From IMG/VR virus record IMGVR_UViG_3300044491_001791: a stretch of 64,000 nt of DNA; one strand, 5' to 3'. Both the position numbers and the translations under genes were made by a program. The stretch is from an uncultured virus (IMG/VR IMGVR_UViG_3300044491_001791). Its lineage: Duplodnaviria; Heunggongvirae; Uroviricota; Caudoviricetes. Shown in pieces: positions 1 to 10,004 of the stretch. Position 1 is the stretch's first letter. Each line of letters begins with the position of its first letter. Below the pieces are notes generated by a model. It was not told where the DNA came from, did not search any database, and worked only from the letters and a program-made list of their open reading frames with translations.

Positions 1-45
1 CTTATTAAATGGGTAATTGATAGTCCCCGTTCTATGAACTTTCAT
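1..45 (-). CDS. N-terminal fragment of a gene running off the window (MKVHRTGTINYPFNK...)
   Basis: ATG at 45 overlapping the end of the upstream rSAM gene; frame open to the window edge. Confidence 0.45.
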   Translation of the reverse strand, partial: MKVHRTGTINYPFNK

Positions 46-1186
46 TACCTTGCTGTTGATCCGATTCAAAGAGGTCAGTAAGTTCTGGACAGTAATCAAG
101 AACGTTAGTATTTCTAATACGATCTAAATCACGTGTAAAGTTTACAAACTTATTAACGTGCTTACCTAAAAAATCGTCTTGGGTATAATTTACATTAGGT
201 AATTTATAGTCTATGTTTTGTAGTATATTATTAGGAAGTATTCTTGGATTTAAGTATGCTGGTTGTGCTACAACATTATTAAAGTAGATACTCCAGTGGT
301 CTTGTTTGACATTGTCATACCAATTTTGTATTTTGCCTAAATGTGCAATATTATATGCCATAACAGTGACAGCAATAATTACCCTATCAAAGTTATAGTG
401 TTTTAAATTTTCATTTAGTTGTGCAAACGTAAAGTTCTTGCCACCCCTAATGTATTCGTACAATCCGTCTGTTCCTTCAACACTTACAGTCCATTTTGTA
501 TGTCCATATTGTTTTGCAAGTTCGTGAACTTCCTCGTCTACAATAGTGCCATTGGTAGTCCAATCAAGTGTAACATTCTTAGCAATACCTAAGTCAATAA
601 ACTTTTTAAGGATAGTCTTGTTTGCAGGCTCCATATAAGGTTCACCGCCTTTGATGCTTAGGTAACGCAAATTCATAAAAGGTGTAGGATCTTCAAATAG
701 CCTTTCTATGATCTGTTCGCTCTTGTTAGTGTAACCAAATTCTGGATTATCAATTCTTCTAAAATATGGGTTACCGTTTTCTGCAAGTTTAAGATCGTCC
801 TTTACCCACGCACTTGAATTGATACCATCGCACATACGGCATTTCAAATTACATATATTGCTCATATTGAATTCCAAAAACATAATATCGTGGAAGTTTT
901 TGGTATAGTCGTAATTGGTTCCTTCAAGCATTGGATTCAAAATATCACGGAAAAATAGACGCCTGCTATGCCCTACTGCGGCTTCTTTTAAAGCACATTG
1001 TTGGCACTCGGGTGGCAACTGACCCATACGTATAGAATCCTTTGTGTATGACGCTGTAAATGCGTTTAAGACGGTGTTTAAAGACGATTTAAGCACGTTG
1101 CCATAGCGTTTAGTGTACACTCCGTCGGGTACAATATCGCCATTAAAGCGTACCAAAATACTGTGCCAAGGTGCATAACATTTCAT
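32..1186 (-). CDS. Radical SAM protein with N-terminal twitch/SPASM-like domain
   Basis: CNLKCRMC (CX3CX2C), GGEP, TTNG; N-terminal C...ECQQC. Confidence 0.9.
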   Translation of the reverse strand: MKCYAPWHSILVRFNGDIVPDGVYTKRYGNVLKSSLNTVLNAFTASYTKDSIRMGQLPPECQQCALKEAAVGHSRRLFFRDILNPMLEGTNYDYTKNFHDIMFLEFNMSNICNLKCRMCDGINSSAWVKDDLKLAENGNPYFRRIDNPEFGYTNKSEQIIERLFEDPTPFMNLRYLSIKGGEPYMEPANKTILKKFIDLGIAKNVTLDWTTNGTIVDEEVHELAKQYGHTKWTVSVEGTDGLYEYIRGGKNFTFAQLNENLKHYNFDRVIIAVTVMAYNIAHLGKIQNWYDNVKQDHWSIYFNNVVAQPAYLNPRILPNNILQNIDYKLPNVNYTQDDFLGKHVNKFVNFTRDLDRIRNTNVLDYCPELTDLFESDQQQGNESS

Positions 1187-1719
1187 TACAATTTCTCCAC
1201 TATTTTGGAAAATGGTTCTGTAAACCCACCGATTTGAAAATGTAGTCTTTCTTCTTGATTATCAATTGCTCCGTGTTTGGTTCCTGTATCAATTAGTGTC
1301 GGTCCTTCATACAAATACGTATCTAAAACATTATCATTACTATCGTACCAAACTACCGGAGTATCTACTCCTTTTAATGGAATAGTAAATGCGGCACTTC
1401 TTTTATCAATGTGAGGAGATAACGCACCTTCAATAATAAAATATTGGGCACAGTTATAAATGTCGTCAAGACTCCTGTTAAAGATTGCAGATAGATCTTT
1501 AAAAATTTTCCACTCTTTAAAACTTTCAGGTATGTCTTTAAAGTAAAGACTTTTTGTGCTATAAGATTTAATATGATTTTGTTCAGCAATAGTAGAATAC
1601 TTAATGTAATTTCCTTTTGCATCAGTAAAGCCATCTTTTGCAAGGTGCATATACTTGTCAGCAATATCTATTAATTGCTGTTTGTTGTATTCTAAATTAA
1701 TTTTCTGATAATACTGCAT
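1186..1719 (-). CDS. 2OG-Fe(II) oxygenase/cupin-like protein
   Basis: PHID...TKHG..ERL HxD...H pattern; start reassigned to MQYYQK. Confidence 0.6.
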   Translation of the reverse strand: MQYYQKINLEYNKQQLIDIADKYMHLAKDGFTDAKGNYIKYSTIAEQNHIKSYSTKSLYFKDIPESFKEWKIFKDLSAIFNRSLDDIYNCAQYFIIEGALSPHIDKRSAAFTIPLKGVDTPVVWYDSNDNVLDTYLYEGPTLIDTGTKHGAIDNQEERLHFQIGGFTEPFSKIVEKL

Positions 1720-2158
1720 CAAATTTATCTCCAAAGGCAGATCTTAAATCGCTATGTAGTTTATCTAAAACTACTGTTGGTTGATATACACTTACGTTAT
1801 CCCAATCTACCATTTCTATTTTATCACCATCTATAATAATATTACTTAAAACCCAATCGCCGTGTGCATAAGGTTGCGTTTCTTCGATGTTTTTTAAACA
1901 AAAATTATAAATCTTTCTTATAAACTCAGGTGTGTGTTCGAATGTATTTGCTGGCACGCCTGGAATGATTTTAAGATCAACAAACATTTTTCCATTACCA
2001 CATCCGTGATTTAAAATATATCCTGGACGCAATTCTTCCATAATGTCAATGTGTTCATCATAGTAATGTTGATTTTCAAAAGACCATTCTTTTCTATAAA
2101 AGCCTACGCCTTTATAAACACGTCTTTGTTTTTCTATGTTCTCTTTAATTAATTCCAT
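1697..2158 (-). CDS. Minimal APH/protein-kinase-like phosphotransferase
   Basis: HGDWVLSN catalytic loop and VDWD metal-binding motif. Confidence 0.7.
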   Translation of the reverse strand: MELIKENIEKQRRVYKGVGFYRKEWSFENQHYYDEHIDIMEELRPGYILNHGCGNGKMFVDLKIIPGVPANTFEHTPEFIRKIYNFCLKNIEETQPYAHGDWVLSNIIIDGDKIEMVDWDNVSVYQPTVVLDKLHSDLRSAFGDKFDAVLSEN

Positions 2159-3188
2159 ATGCTTGTGCTACCTCAGGAATGTAATCCTGTATTTTACACC
2201 CACGTAAGTTATCAAATGTTTTTATCCATTTTAAAAATGCATTGTGCTGTATTTGATCTCTTTCTTGATCAACCCAATACTTAAATTTTTCAGGAGCAAA
2301 CTTTTTAATACTATCTGGGGCATTCTTGCTGTCAAAGTATGTAGGATGAAATAACAAATTATCAAATACCCGAAAGTCATTTGTTTTTGCCCATGCAACA
2401 ATATTGTCGTAGTCATGTAAGTTCATTATTTGTATAGTTGGGCCTACACTTTTATATTTTACAAATTCTGCCCAACGTAACATATTTGTTTCTACAGTTT
2501 TCCAATCACTACCCCAACGTATATAATCATTTACTTTGCCTATGCCATCAATACTAAAACACATATTAACGGTATCAAACCGTTTTAGTTCTTCATATAC
2601 ATTAGGATTAATAATTGTAGCATTAGTATTAAATCTTATTTCAACGCTGTTATCTAACTTTTTAAGAAACTTATGTAAGCCTCTTACCATCATAGGTTCA
2701 CCGCCTGTTAAGTATACTTCTTTAAGTTCGGGTAAACTTGCAAGATAATCACCTCGCTCTTCTGTATACCAATCGTAGTTAGGAAACTGTTCTGTACCCC
2801 ACGGTGACTCTATACCTTTTGAAATTAGTTCTTTGTGTTCTTGATTGATACCACTTGATGTTGCAGGGTAACACATTGTACACTTTAGGTTACAATTACT
2901 ACCAAACCTTAAATCGAGATGACTTATACCAGGACCGTATGCTCTTGGTTTTGTACGTTGGCTACCTTGACCCGATGCTTCTTGTATTTCACATTTTTTA
3001 CAAGCATCTGGAAATTCGTTGTTATCAAACTTTTGTACAGCATCTTTAAAAACTTTACTCTCTCGCCATTCTTCAATGCTGTGTGTTTGAATGTTTTCTT
3101 TATTTGTAGGTTCTCTGCTGATACAACACAAACGAAATTCGCCAGATGTTCTAATGCAAACTTGATGATCTAAATACTTACACTTCAC
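2145..3188 (-). CDS. Radical SAM protein with N-terminal twitch domain
   Basis: MKC..LCC..CKKC, CNLKCTMC, TGGEP, NTN. Confidence 0.9.
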   Translation of the reverse strand: MKCKYLDHQVCIRTSGEFRLCCISREPTNKENIQTHSIEEWRESKVFKDAVQKFDNNEFPDACKKCEIQEASGQGSQRTKPRAYGPGISHLDLRFGSNCNLKCTMCYPATSSGINQEHKELISKGIESPWGTEQFPNYDWYTEERGDYLASLPELKEVYLTGGEPMMVRGLHKFLKKLDNSVEIRFNTNATIINPNVYEELKRFDTVNMCFSIDGIGKVNDYIRWGSDWKTVETNMLRWAEFVKYKSVGPTIQIMNLHDYDNIVAWAKTNDFRVFDNLLFHPTYFDSKNAPDSIKKFAPEKFKYWVDQERDQIQHNAFLKWIKTFDNLRGCKIQDYIPEVAQAYGIN

Positions 3189-4161
3189 CGCAGGTTACCT
3201 CACATATTTTAAATCTATTTTCACTTGGATAATTTAACATATCACTTTCTATAATTTCTTTTAAAGGGGTATGATTAACATTAGGCCATTGCACACTATT
3301 ACATTCTTTAGCATATGGACTATCTGGATTTTTAGCATAACGATCACTTAACAAATAACAACAAGGAAATACTTCTCCTGTATGACTTATTTGAATCTTT
3401 TGTTTGCGTTTCCATTTACAATTAATACAGCCTTTGTCTAATCCTACTTCTAACACTTTTTCTAAACGTTCTACGTTGTCCAAATGCTTCTTATCATATT
3501 TTACAGTACGTGCTTGTTCTTTCTTAGTTGCTTTAAACTTTTCTACTGCTTCACTTACAATACTATCTATTGCAGTAAATGTGTAACCACCATTAATATC
3601 AAATACTACAAATCCCATATCTTTAGATAGTTGTTCACATTCTTCTATTTGATGTTTGTTGTGATCAAACACAAGCATACGCCATCTTGCTAAACCGCCT
3701 GCGTCTATAAATGCTTTGGCATTTTCCATTACATTTTCCCATACAACGTGTCGTCTGTATAAATGATTAGTATCTTCCAATCCGTCAATACTAAATGTAA
3801 TAACACCTTGTGGAAAGTTTCTTAAATCCTGTGCTATCATTCTATATAAATTAGGTTTACCAATACCGCCATTTGTGTGTATCATTATTTTACATTTTAG
3901 TTTTTGTGCATACTTCAATGCAAATGGTAAATTTGGATTCATTAACGGATCGCCATAAGCACCATTAAAAATAATTTCTTCAACACCTCTTGCATTATCA
4001 ATAATATTCTTAAATGTTTCCATATCCATATGACCTAAAGGCATATTTGGATTCACAGTTACTCCGTCAATGTTACGTGAACAGTTGCCACACATAGCAT
4101 TGCAGTGACTTGTAAAGTCAATAACAATCGTTTTTAGATCCTGTTTAGATAAGAAGTGCAT
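3178..4161 (-). CDS. Radical SAM protein with C-terminal SPASM/twitch domain
   Basis: CNAMCGNC, GAYGDP, HTNG, GEVFPCC...CEVTC; start reassigned to MHFLSK. Confidence 0.88.
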   Translation of the reverse strand: MHFLSKQDLKTIVIDFTSHCNAMCGNCSRNIDGVTVNPNMPLGHMDMETFKNIIDNARGVEEIIFNGAYGDPLMNPNLPFALKYAQKLKCKIMIHTNGGIGKPNLYRMIAQDLRNFPQGVITFSIDGLEDTNHLYRRHVVWENVMENAKAFIDAGGLARWRMLVFDHNKHQIEECEQLSKDMGFVVFDINGGYTFTAIDSIVSEAVEKFKATKKEQARTVKYDKKHLDNVERLEKVLEVGLDKGCINCKWKRKQKIQISHTGEVFPCCYLLSDRYAKNPDSPYAKECNSVQWPNVNHTPLKEIIESDMLNYPSENRFKICEVTCGEV

Positions 4162-4165
4162 ACTG

Positions 4166-4171
4166 TATTTA
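4166..4171 (-). promoter_or_regulatory. Late-type TAAATA promoter, 4 nt before the ATG at 4161
   Basis: TAAATA-CAGT-ATG; divergent from the promoter at 4208. Confidence 0.55.
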
Positions 4172-4207
4172 ACATCATTATCAGAGTATATAATGCCACC
4201 TGGCACA

Positions 4208-4213
4208 TAAATA
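4208..4213 (+). promoter_or_regulatory. Late-type TAAATA promoter, 5 nt before the ATG at 4219
   Basis: ATAAATA-TGAGT-ATG with no Shine-Dalgarno. Confidence 0.65.
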
Positions 4214-4218
4214 TGAGT

Positions 4219-4938
4219 ATGCAACAGTTAAGCGAATTTCATAAAGAATATGGTAAATTAATCCAAGAAAAATATCCAGATACATTTGATCCTAAGTGGT
4301 TAGTTATGGAAAGTGGTTGGGGTTATTTTCATATTAGTTCTTTAGACAATCAACCTTGGAAAGAAATGCATAAAGAAGCAGAAGCATTGATCAATAGATT
4401 CTATTCTCATAGAGAAGATAGTTATGGCAAAGGTTGGAAAAGTTTAACACTACACGGATTAAATGAAGACACACAAAGTTTAAGTCAATACGGTGAAAGA
4501 GACAAAGTACTTCAGCAGTTAGATTGGACTTCAATATCAGACGAATGTCCGATCACTAAAAAGTTTTTAACTGATGTATGGCCGGCAGAGTTTTTAAATC
4601 GTGTACGTTTTATGTTGCTTGAACCAGACGGATATATTTTACCACATCAAGATAGGCCCGACGAAGAAAAGCGATTGAGTGTATGTAACATTAGTTTGAA
4701 TAATCCAGAAGGATGTCAGTTTGTTTTTAAAGATAAAGGCATTGTACCTTTTAAAGATGAAGGTAGTGCATTCTTAATGGATATTAGTAATCCTCACAGT
4801 GTATGGAACCAAAGCGATAAACCAAGAATTCATATGATTATTCATTTTGAATTAGGTAGACGTACACGGGATATGTTTTATACGTTAAGAGAAAGTTTTT
4901 ATACAAACAGGAGCAGACTAAATGAAAGATTGGAATAG
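4219..4938 (+). CDS. Aspartyl/asparaginyl beta-hydroxylase-like 2OG-Fe(II) oxygenase
   Basis: RVRFMLLEPDGYILPHQD...HSVWN..RIHMIIH. Confidence 0.8.
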   Translation: MQQLSEFHKEYGKLIQEKYPDTFDPKWLVMESGWGYFHISSLDNQPWKEMHKEAEALINRFYSHREDSYGKGWKSLTLHGLNEDTQSLSQYGERDKVLQQLDWTSISDECPITKKFLTDVWPAEFLNRVRFMLLEPDGYILPHQDRPDEEKRLSVCNISLNNPEGCQFVFKDKGIVPFKDEGSAFLMDISNPHSVWNQSDKPRIHMIIHFELGRRTRDMFYTLRESFYTNRSRLNERLE

Positions 4939-6397
4939 TCTATCTGTTGATCGTTATTACGAAGATCTAAATGCAAACTCAGATGTTGCAATAGGTATTC
5001 TTGATATTTCTCGTGATATTGATAATAAGTTTGTTGCAAAACGCACATTTGACAAAACATATTTCTATGTAAATCGAATGTTAAAAATGAATCTTGCAAG
5101 TTACGTAGGATTCAAAAAAAGTGTAAAGTCGTTGTTGTTAGCATCTATTAAACAAAATAAAAAATATTGTATGATTGCTTGCCAAGGACTATTGTTGTAT
5201 CGCGGTCCAAGTTTAGTTCAGAAAAGTATAGAGTATGCTGGAAAGAATCCGCAGTTCTTTGTAGTAGGGCATATCATGGATAAGAAGAGTCAGCATCACT
5301 ATCTTACACAAGGTGCATATCCAGGACTGCATAGACAATATCTATTTGTAAATCTTGCCAAGTGGCAAGAACTTGGCGAGCCAGAATTTGATGAATTAGG
5401 TATCTTTACAGATAGACCAAGACAATATCGAAATGTAGAATTTAGTAAAGAGACTATTCATAGTGAGTATACGCCTAAATGGGTTAAAGGTGCAGAAGGA
5501 TACAGTAAACATACTATTACTGCTGACGGAAGTAACTGGATTCATGTTGCCGCAGAAAACAATATTACAATAGATAATCTTGATAACGATATGCGTGAAT
5601 GTAAAGTATTTTTATATCCTTACAACAAACCAGCCATACTTGAAAAGGTATGGTTAGACAAACGTAATGATGAACTTGTAGATCAATTAAATTATAGTCA
5701 AAAGGCTTGGATACGTAAGTTAGGATACCAAGAAGAAATAGAAAAAGACAGAGTCTATGCCTTTAACACAGAAAGATTATCAGGTGAAGGAATAAGAACA
5801 GATGGTAAACAGATTGATCATTTGTTTAGTGCCGCCGCAGGATTTAAACCACTTGCAATATTAAATGCAAATGGATTTCATAGAGGTACTACAGTACATT
5901 ACTTCGATTGGTGTGAAGCAAGTTTAAATTACAAAAAACATTTATTAGAAACATGGAATGGTTACGATTTAGACGAATGGTTGCTTGAACATGATTTAGA
6001 ATATAATTTTAGCAGTACCTATAGAGGCAATTATAAAAAGTTTTGGAAACAAGAATTAAAAGAGTTCGGCGGTAGTTTAGCGTTTCAAAGATTATGGGAT
6101 CGATATAAAGAACTAAAACACGAGTTTTATGTTATCGATATTGTGCAAGATAGTAGTAAACTATTCGACGAAATAAAAAAATATTACGGAACAAAAGTAT
6201 TATGGACTACTAATATATGGTCCAGTGAAATGCTACAATGGAATATAGAGCCAGAAGTCTTAGAACAGTTGTATTTAAATTTTAAATCTCAGATACCTAA
6301 GGACTTAGTTTTATATGGGCACGATTATTGTGCTATAGATTTAAATGATAGTGTAAAAAGAAATTACACTCATGTGAGGTATAAAAATGAACATTAA
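4922..6397 (+). CDS. Hypothetical 491-aa protein, possibly with a C-terminal Rossmann/SAM-binding-like domain
   Basis: Long coupled ORF; FSAAAGF...VHYFDW resembles methyltransferase motifs I/II. Confidence 0.6.
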   Translation: MKDWNSLSVDRYYEDLNANSDVAIGILDISRDIDNKFVAKRTFDKTYFYVNRMLKMNLASYVGFKKSVKSLLLASIKQNKKYCMIACQGLLLYRGPSLVQKSIEYAGKNPQFFVVGHIMDKKSQHHYLTQGAYPGLHRQYLFVNLAKWQELGEPEFDELGIFTDRPRQYRNVEFSKETIHSEYTPKWVKGAEGYSKHTITADGSNWIHVAAENNITIDNLDNDMRECKVFLYPYNKPAILEKVWLDKRNDELVDQLNYSQKAWIRKLGYQEEIEKDRVYAFNTERLSGEGIRTDGKQIDHLFSAAAGFKPLAILNANGFHRGTTVHYFDWCEASLNYKKHLLETWNGYDLDEWLLEHDLEYNFSSTYRGNYKKFWKQELKEFGGSLAFQRLWDRYKELKHEFYVIDIVQDSSKLFDEIKKYYGTKVLWTTNIWSSEMLQWNIEPEVLEQLYLNFKSQIPKDLVLYGHDYCAIDLNDSVKRNYTHVRYKNEH

Positions 6398-7223
6398 TAT
6401 TAAAGATAACTGGGTAGTTGAGATTTCAGACTTTGATATCCGTACTGCTACAAAAGAAGAAGCATTAGCCATAGGAAAATATATTTTAAGTAATATGGTA
6501 GTTGTGTTAAAGAATCAAGATCTTGAACCAGAGGACGAAGTTGCTTTTTGTTCTAAGATTGGCAAGTGTCAATTTATTATAGACCCAACTAAACCTCGAG
6601 AAGGACAACGTACAGAAAATCTTGCAGTTGGACATCACATATTACGTGTTACAGGACAAAAGAATGAAAAGGGTGAAGAAGGTTTATTTGGCCACACATC
6701 TGCACTTGACTGGCACGCCAACCAAGCAAGTAACTATGAACGTGAACCTCTAATATGGTTATACGGTGTTGAAGGTACTGCTGGTAGCAAAACAAGTTGG
6801 ATTAATAACATTGAAAGTTATAATGCACTATCCGAAGAGTTTAAAAAAGAAATTCAAGATATACAGATTACTTTAGGATACAAGAGCGGATCGTATAGTC
6901 CGAGCAAGTTCTTTGTAGAACACCACAGCGATGATAAACCTTTTCGATTAGTTCATGTAAATGATGCAGGCTATACAGGTTTGTACTTTCCTTTCTTACA
7001 AATTTTTGGAATGCCTGGAAAAACAGAAGAACAGTTTAAAGATATAATGAGCAGACTAATTAAACACGTTACACAACCTCAATTCTGTTATGATCATTAT
7101 TGGGAAGATGGTGATGTTGTATTAAGCGAACAGTGGTTAAGCATACACAAACGATGGGCGTTTGATAAAATGGAAGAACGTATTCTTCACAGGATAGCAT
7201 TTAATTATGAAAACTTATTATAA
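6387..7223 (+). CDS. TauD/TfdA-family dioxygenase
   Basis: LDWHAN, WEDGDVVL, SIHKR, RILHR. Confidence 0.85.
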   Translation: MNINIKDNWVVEISDFDIRTATKEEALAIGKYILSNMVVVLKNQDLEPEDEVAFCSKIGKCQFIIDPTKPREGQRTENLAVGHHILRVTGQKNEKGEEGLFGHTSALDWHANQASNYEREPLIWLYGVEGTAGSKTSWINNIESYNALSEEFKKEIQDIQITLGYKSGSYSPSKFFVEHHSDDKPFRLVHVNDAGYTGLYFPFLQIFGMPGKTEEQFKDIMSRLIKHVTQPQFCYDHYWEDGDVVLSEQWLSIHKRWAFDKMEERILHRIAFNYENLL

Positions 7224-7776
7224 ACTTTTAGAATATAGTCCAGACATGGACTTGACAGAGTTTTACAAAGAAGCCGCCGCACAGGGTTACGCAAATAATT
7301 CTAATCAAAAAATTATGATTGATGCGTTTAAGAATGAAGAACGTGCTCAGGTATGGATACTATTTAAAGAAGATAAGGCCATGGGTGCAGTTGCCGCACA
7401 TACATTTCCGGAGATGGGTGAAAACAGTTATCGTATATTAACAAGAACCTGTGCTGTAGGAGGCATGATGCATTCTGCAGGATCAATGGGCAAGATGAAA
7501 CGTAATGAAGATGTTACATCACGTTTTTATGTACCTAAGATGATTGAATGGTGTGGTAAAGATAGTAATATGTATTGTACCACAAATGATTTAGAAGGTG
7601 GTTCACAACGAGCAGTACACAGAGTCTGGCTACCAATTATGGCTAAGCAAGGACTGTTTACTAAAATTAAAGAAATAGATTATAGGGGTGTAGTACAAAC
7701 TGTATGGAAATTAAATCCAGACAACTTTTTAGAACACCTTAAAAACAATCCGTGGGAAGATCATGTTTTATTATAA
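7207..7776 (+). CDS. GNAT-like hypothetical protein
   Basis: VWILF..AMGAVAAH..YRILTR pattern; coupled ORF. Confidence 0.45.
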   Translation: MKTYYKLLEYSPDMDLTEFYKEAAAQGYANNSNQKIMIDAFKNEERAQVWILFKEDKAMGAVAAHTFPEMGENSYRILTRTCAVGGMMHSAGSMGKMKRNEDVTSRFYVPKMIEWCGKDSNMYCTTNDLEGGSQRAVHRVWLPIMAKQGLFTKIKEIDYRGVVQTVWKLNPDNFLEHLKNNPWEDHVLL

Positions 7777-8308
7777 GCATATTGATATAGATAATAATAT
7801 CTGTGAAGAAATAAAAGAATGGGGTATTGTAAATATTCAAGACTGTGATACACCTTTTAAAAAACTTAATCTGCAAAAATTTAATGATGAATGCCCTTTA
7901 TTTTTAGAATGGACTAAACAAAACAATATAGAAACAGAATGGGTAGTAGGCATTAAAGTAAATGCTCGTAACGGACAAGATTCAACTAAAGTACCGCACA
8001 CAGACTTGAGACCAGAAGATAAAAATTTTGCACTTAATTTTCCTGTAGTAAATTGTGAACAAACTTATACTTGTATGTATAAATTAATTAAAGGAAAAGA
8101 AATTATAATTAATGATACTTCTATTGCAGGCGGAGATGCTGACTATAAAGTTTTCAGTCCAGATAGCACGTTTGATGAAGTTGCTAAGTTTTATTTGACT
8201 CAACCTACATTATTCAATACTAACGTACCGCATCAGGTATATAACAACACCGATAAAGATCGTTTAAGTTTAAGTCTTAGATTTGAAAGTAATCCTAAAG
8301 TGGATTAA
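7763..8308 (+). CDS. 2OG-Fe(II) oxygenase/cupin-like protein
   Basis: PHTD...ALNFP...PHQV..RLSLSLR. Confidence 0.7.
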   Translation: MFYYKHIDIDNNICEEIKEWGIVNIQDCDTPFKKLNLQKFNDECPLFLEWTKQNNIETEWVVGIKVNARNGQDSTKVPHTDLRPEDKNFALNFPVVNCEQTYTCMYKLIKGKEIIINDTSIAGGDADYKVFSPDSTFDEVAKFYLTQPTLFNTNVPHQVYNNTDKDRLSLSLRFESNPKVD

Positions 8309-9612
8309 ACCATAGATTCCCAAGCACTACCATTGTAGAATACTGGGTAAGGTGTTGAACCTGCTGAACTTGCTGGATCCCAATCAACCTTATTAGCAAC
8401 AGCAATCATACCAATAACTGGAGTAGTAGGTGCCGCCGCTTGTGGTTCTAATAGTGCAATACCACTTACATCAAGGGTTGCTCTTGCACTTGTTCTATTA
8501 ATTGCAAGTTGACCTGCACTGTCAAATACCATACCTTTTAGATCTGGTAAAGTGTTTGTACCTGCGTTTGTAAAGAATTCAATTTGTCCTGGTGCTTGAT
8601 CGTTTGCAATAGTTCCGTTTGGATCTAATCTAAAAGCAATACCTGATGATACAACTTTTGTACCGTCACCAAAGTCTGGATCAAATGCAGTTGCAATTAA
8701 TTCTGCAACATAAGAACCTGCTGTACCTTTGACTTCACTGCCACCAAGTGAACCATCAAGGTTTGGTAGTCCGCCATAGTAACCGTTGAATGCAATACCT
8801 GAAACTTGTCCTGAACCACTGCCATTTAAACTTTGAATTCTAATTGCACTGTTGTTATCCTGGTTCCATATATTCATTACAGTGTTTGTTGCTTCAGTAG
8901 GATTACTAATGTTAAACAATGCAGTTGTTGAAGTTACAGTATCATCAACGATATTAGTTACACCGTTGTTTAATAATACTTTAGAGTTTACACCATCAAC
9001 AAGTAATGTTGAATCGTCACCAAATACTGAACCTGTTACATCTGCTGAAATAGATTGAATAGCACCACTTGCTAAATTAATATCGCCCGGTTTCCAATAA
9101 CCATTTGCATCGTCCCATAATAGATATTGTCCGTCTGCTGGAACATTAAGTCCAGTCATTGCAAAGTCACCAAATACTCCTACACTTTTACCAGCAAGTG
9201 TAGCATCTAAATCAAACGATGAAAATGCTTCATCGCCAACTACCCAACCGCCTGTTGAGCCATCTGGATTATTAAGTACGGCATTATACTTTAAAATTTT
9301 TCCGTTAGCAACACCTGTTACATTAACGTTGTTTAAGTCTTGTATATCTTGTACAACAGATAACGTTACAGCGTCCCACTGTGAACCAGTCCATGTAAGT
9401 AACTGATTAGTTGCTGGGCTAATAGAAGAATTTACATCAGTTAAGTTACCAATGCTTAAATCTGGGTTAATTATAACACCGCCGGTTTGAACACCGTTAC
9501 CAACATATAATTTGCCGGTATCTGTTACAAAAATAGGCTCACCCGCCGCAGGGTTTGCGCCTGTTAGGGCCGCTCTTTCCGCCTCTAATCCTCTTCTAAT
9601 TTTAAGTGCCAT
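8305..9612 (-). CDS. Tail fibre / virion protein with Mtd-like N-terminus
   Basis: MALKIRRG..GEPIFVTDTGKLYVGNG; LxDV...LxW repeats; G/S/T/N-rich. Confidence 0.8.
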   Translation of the reverse strand: MALKIRRGLEAERAALTGANPAAGEPIFVTDTGKLYVGNGVQTGGVIINPDLSIGNLTDVNSSISPATNQLLTWTGSQWDAVTLSVVQDIQDLNNVNVTGVANGKILKYNAVLNNPDGSTGGWVVGDEAFSSFDLDATLAGKSVGVFGDFAMTGLNVPADGQYLLWDDANGYWKPGDINLASGAIQSISADVTGSVFGDDSTLLVDGVNSKVLLNNGVTNIVDDTVTSTTALFNISNPTEATNTVMNIWNQDNNSAIRIQSLNGSGSGQVSGIAFNGYYGGLPNLDGSLGGSEVKGTAGSYVAELIATAFDPDFGDGTKVVSSGIAFRLDPNGTIANDQAPGQIEFFTNAGTNTLPDLKGMVFDSAGQLAINRTSARATLDVSGIALLEPQAAAPTTPVIGMIAVANKVDWDPASSAGSTPYPVFYNGSAWESMV

Positions 9613-9681
9613 ACTTGTTAACTCCTGAAGTCTTTATGCTATATGTATTTATGCCTTTCAGACTTCTTTTAATAATATACA

Positions 9682-9999
9682 TTATTTACGTATTTTGGCG
9701 TTTTTAAACACTCTTTGCGTACCTTTTTGTATATCTGATTTTAACCTTTGACTGTCTATAGCAAAGTCTACTTTGTTGATTTCAGGGCCGTACTGATCAA
9801 ACAGTTCTCTAATATCCTTCTCAAATTTAGCCTGAGAAGTATTAGGAACACACTCAATGATCCACTTTTTCCTGTTCTTAAACGTAACATCAATATGCTG
9901 AAGGTATTCAAGAGGTATAGATTTTACTTCTATATTCTTGAATACTTCAGGCCAATGTCTGATTACATCTTCAGGAAGTTTTAGTCTCCTGGATCCCAT
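9682..9999 (-). CDS. Hypothetical protein
   Basis: Co-oriented ORF in a gene string. Confidence 0.65.
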   Translation of the reverse strand: MGSRRLKLPEDVIRHWPEVFKNIEVKSIPLEYLQHIDVTFKNRKKWIIECVPNTSQAKFEKDIRELFDQYGPEINKVDFAIDSQRLKSDIQKGTQRVFKNAKIRK

Positions 10000-10004
10000 C
10001 TAAG

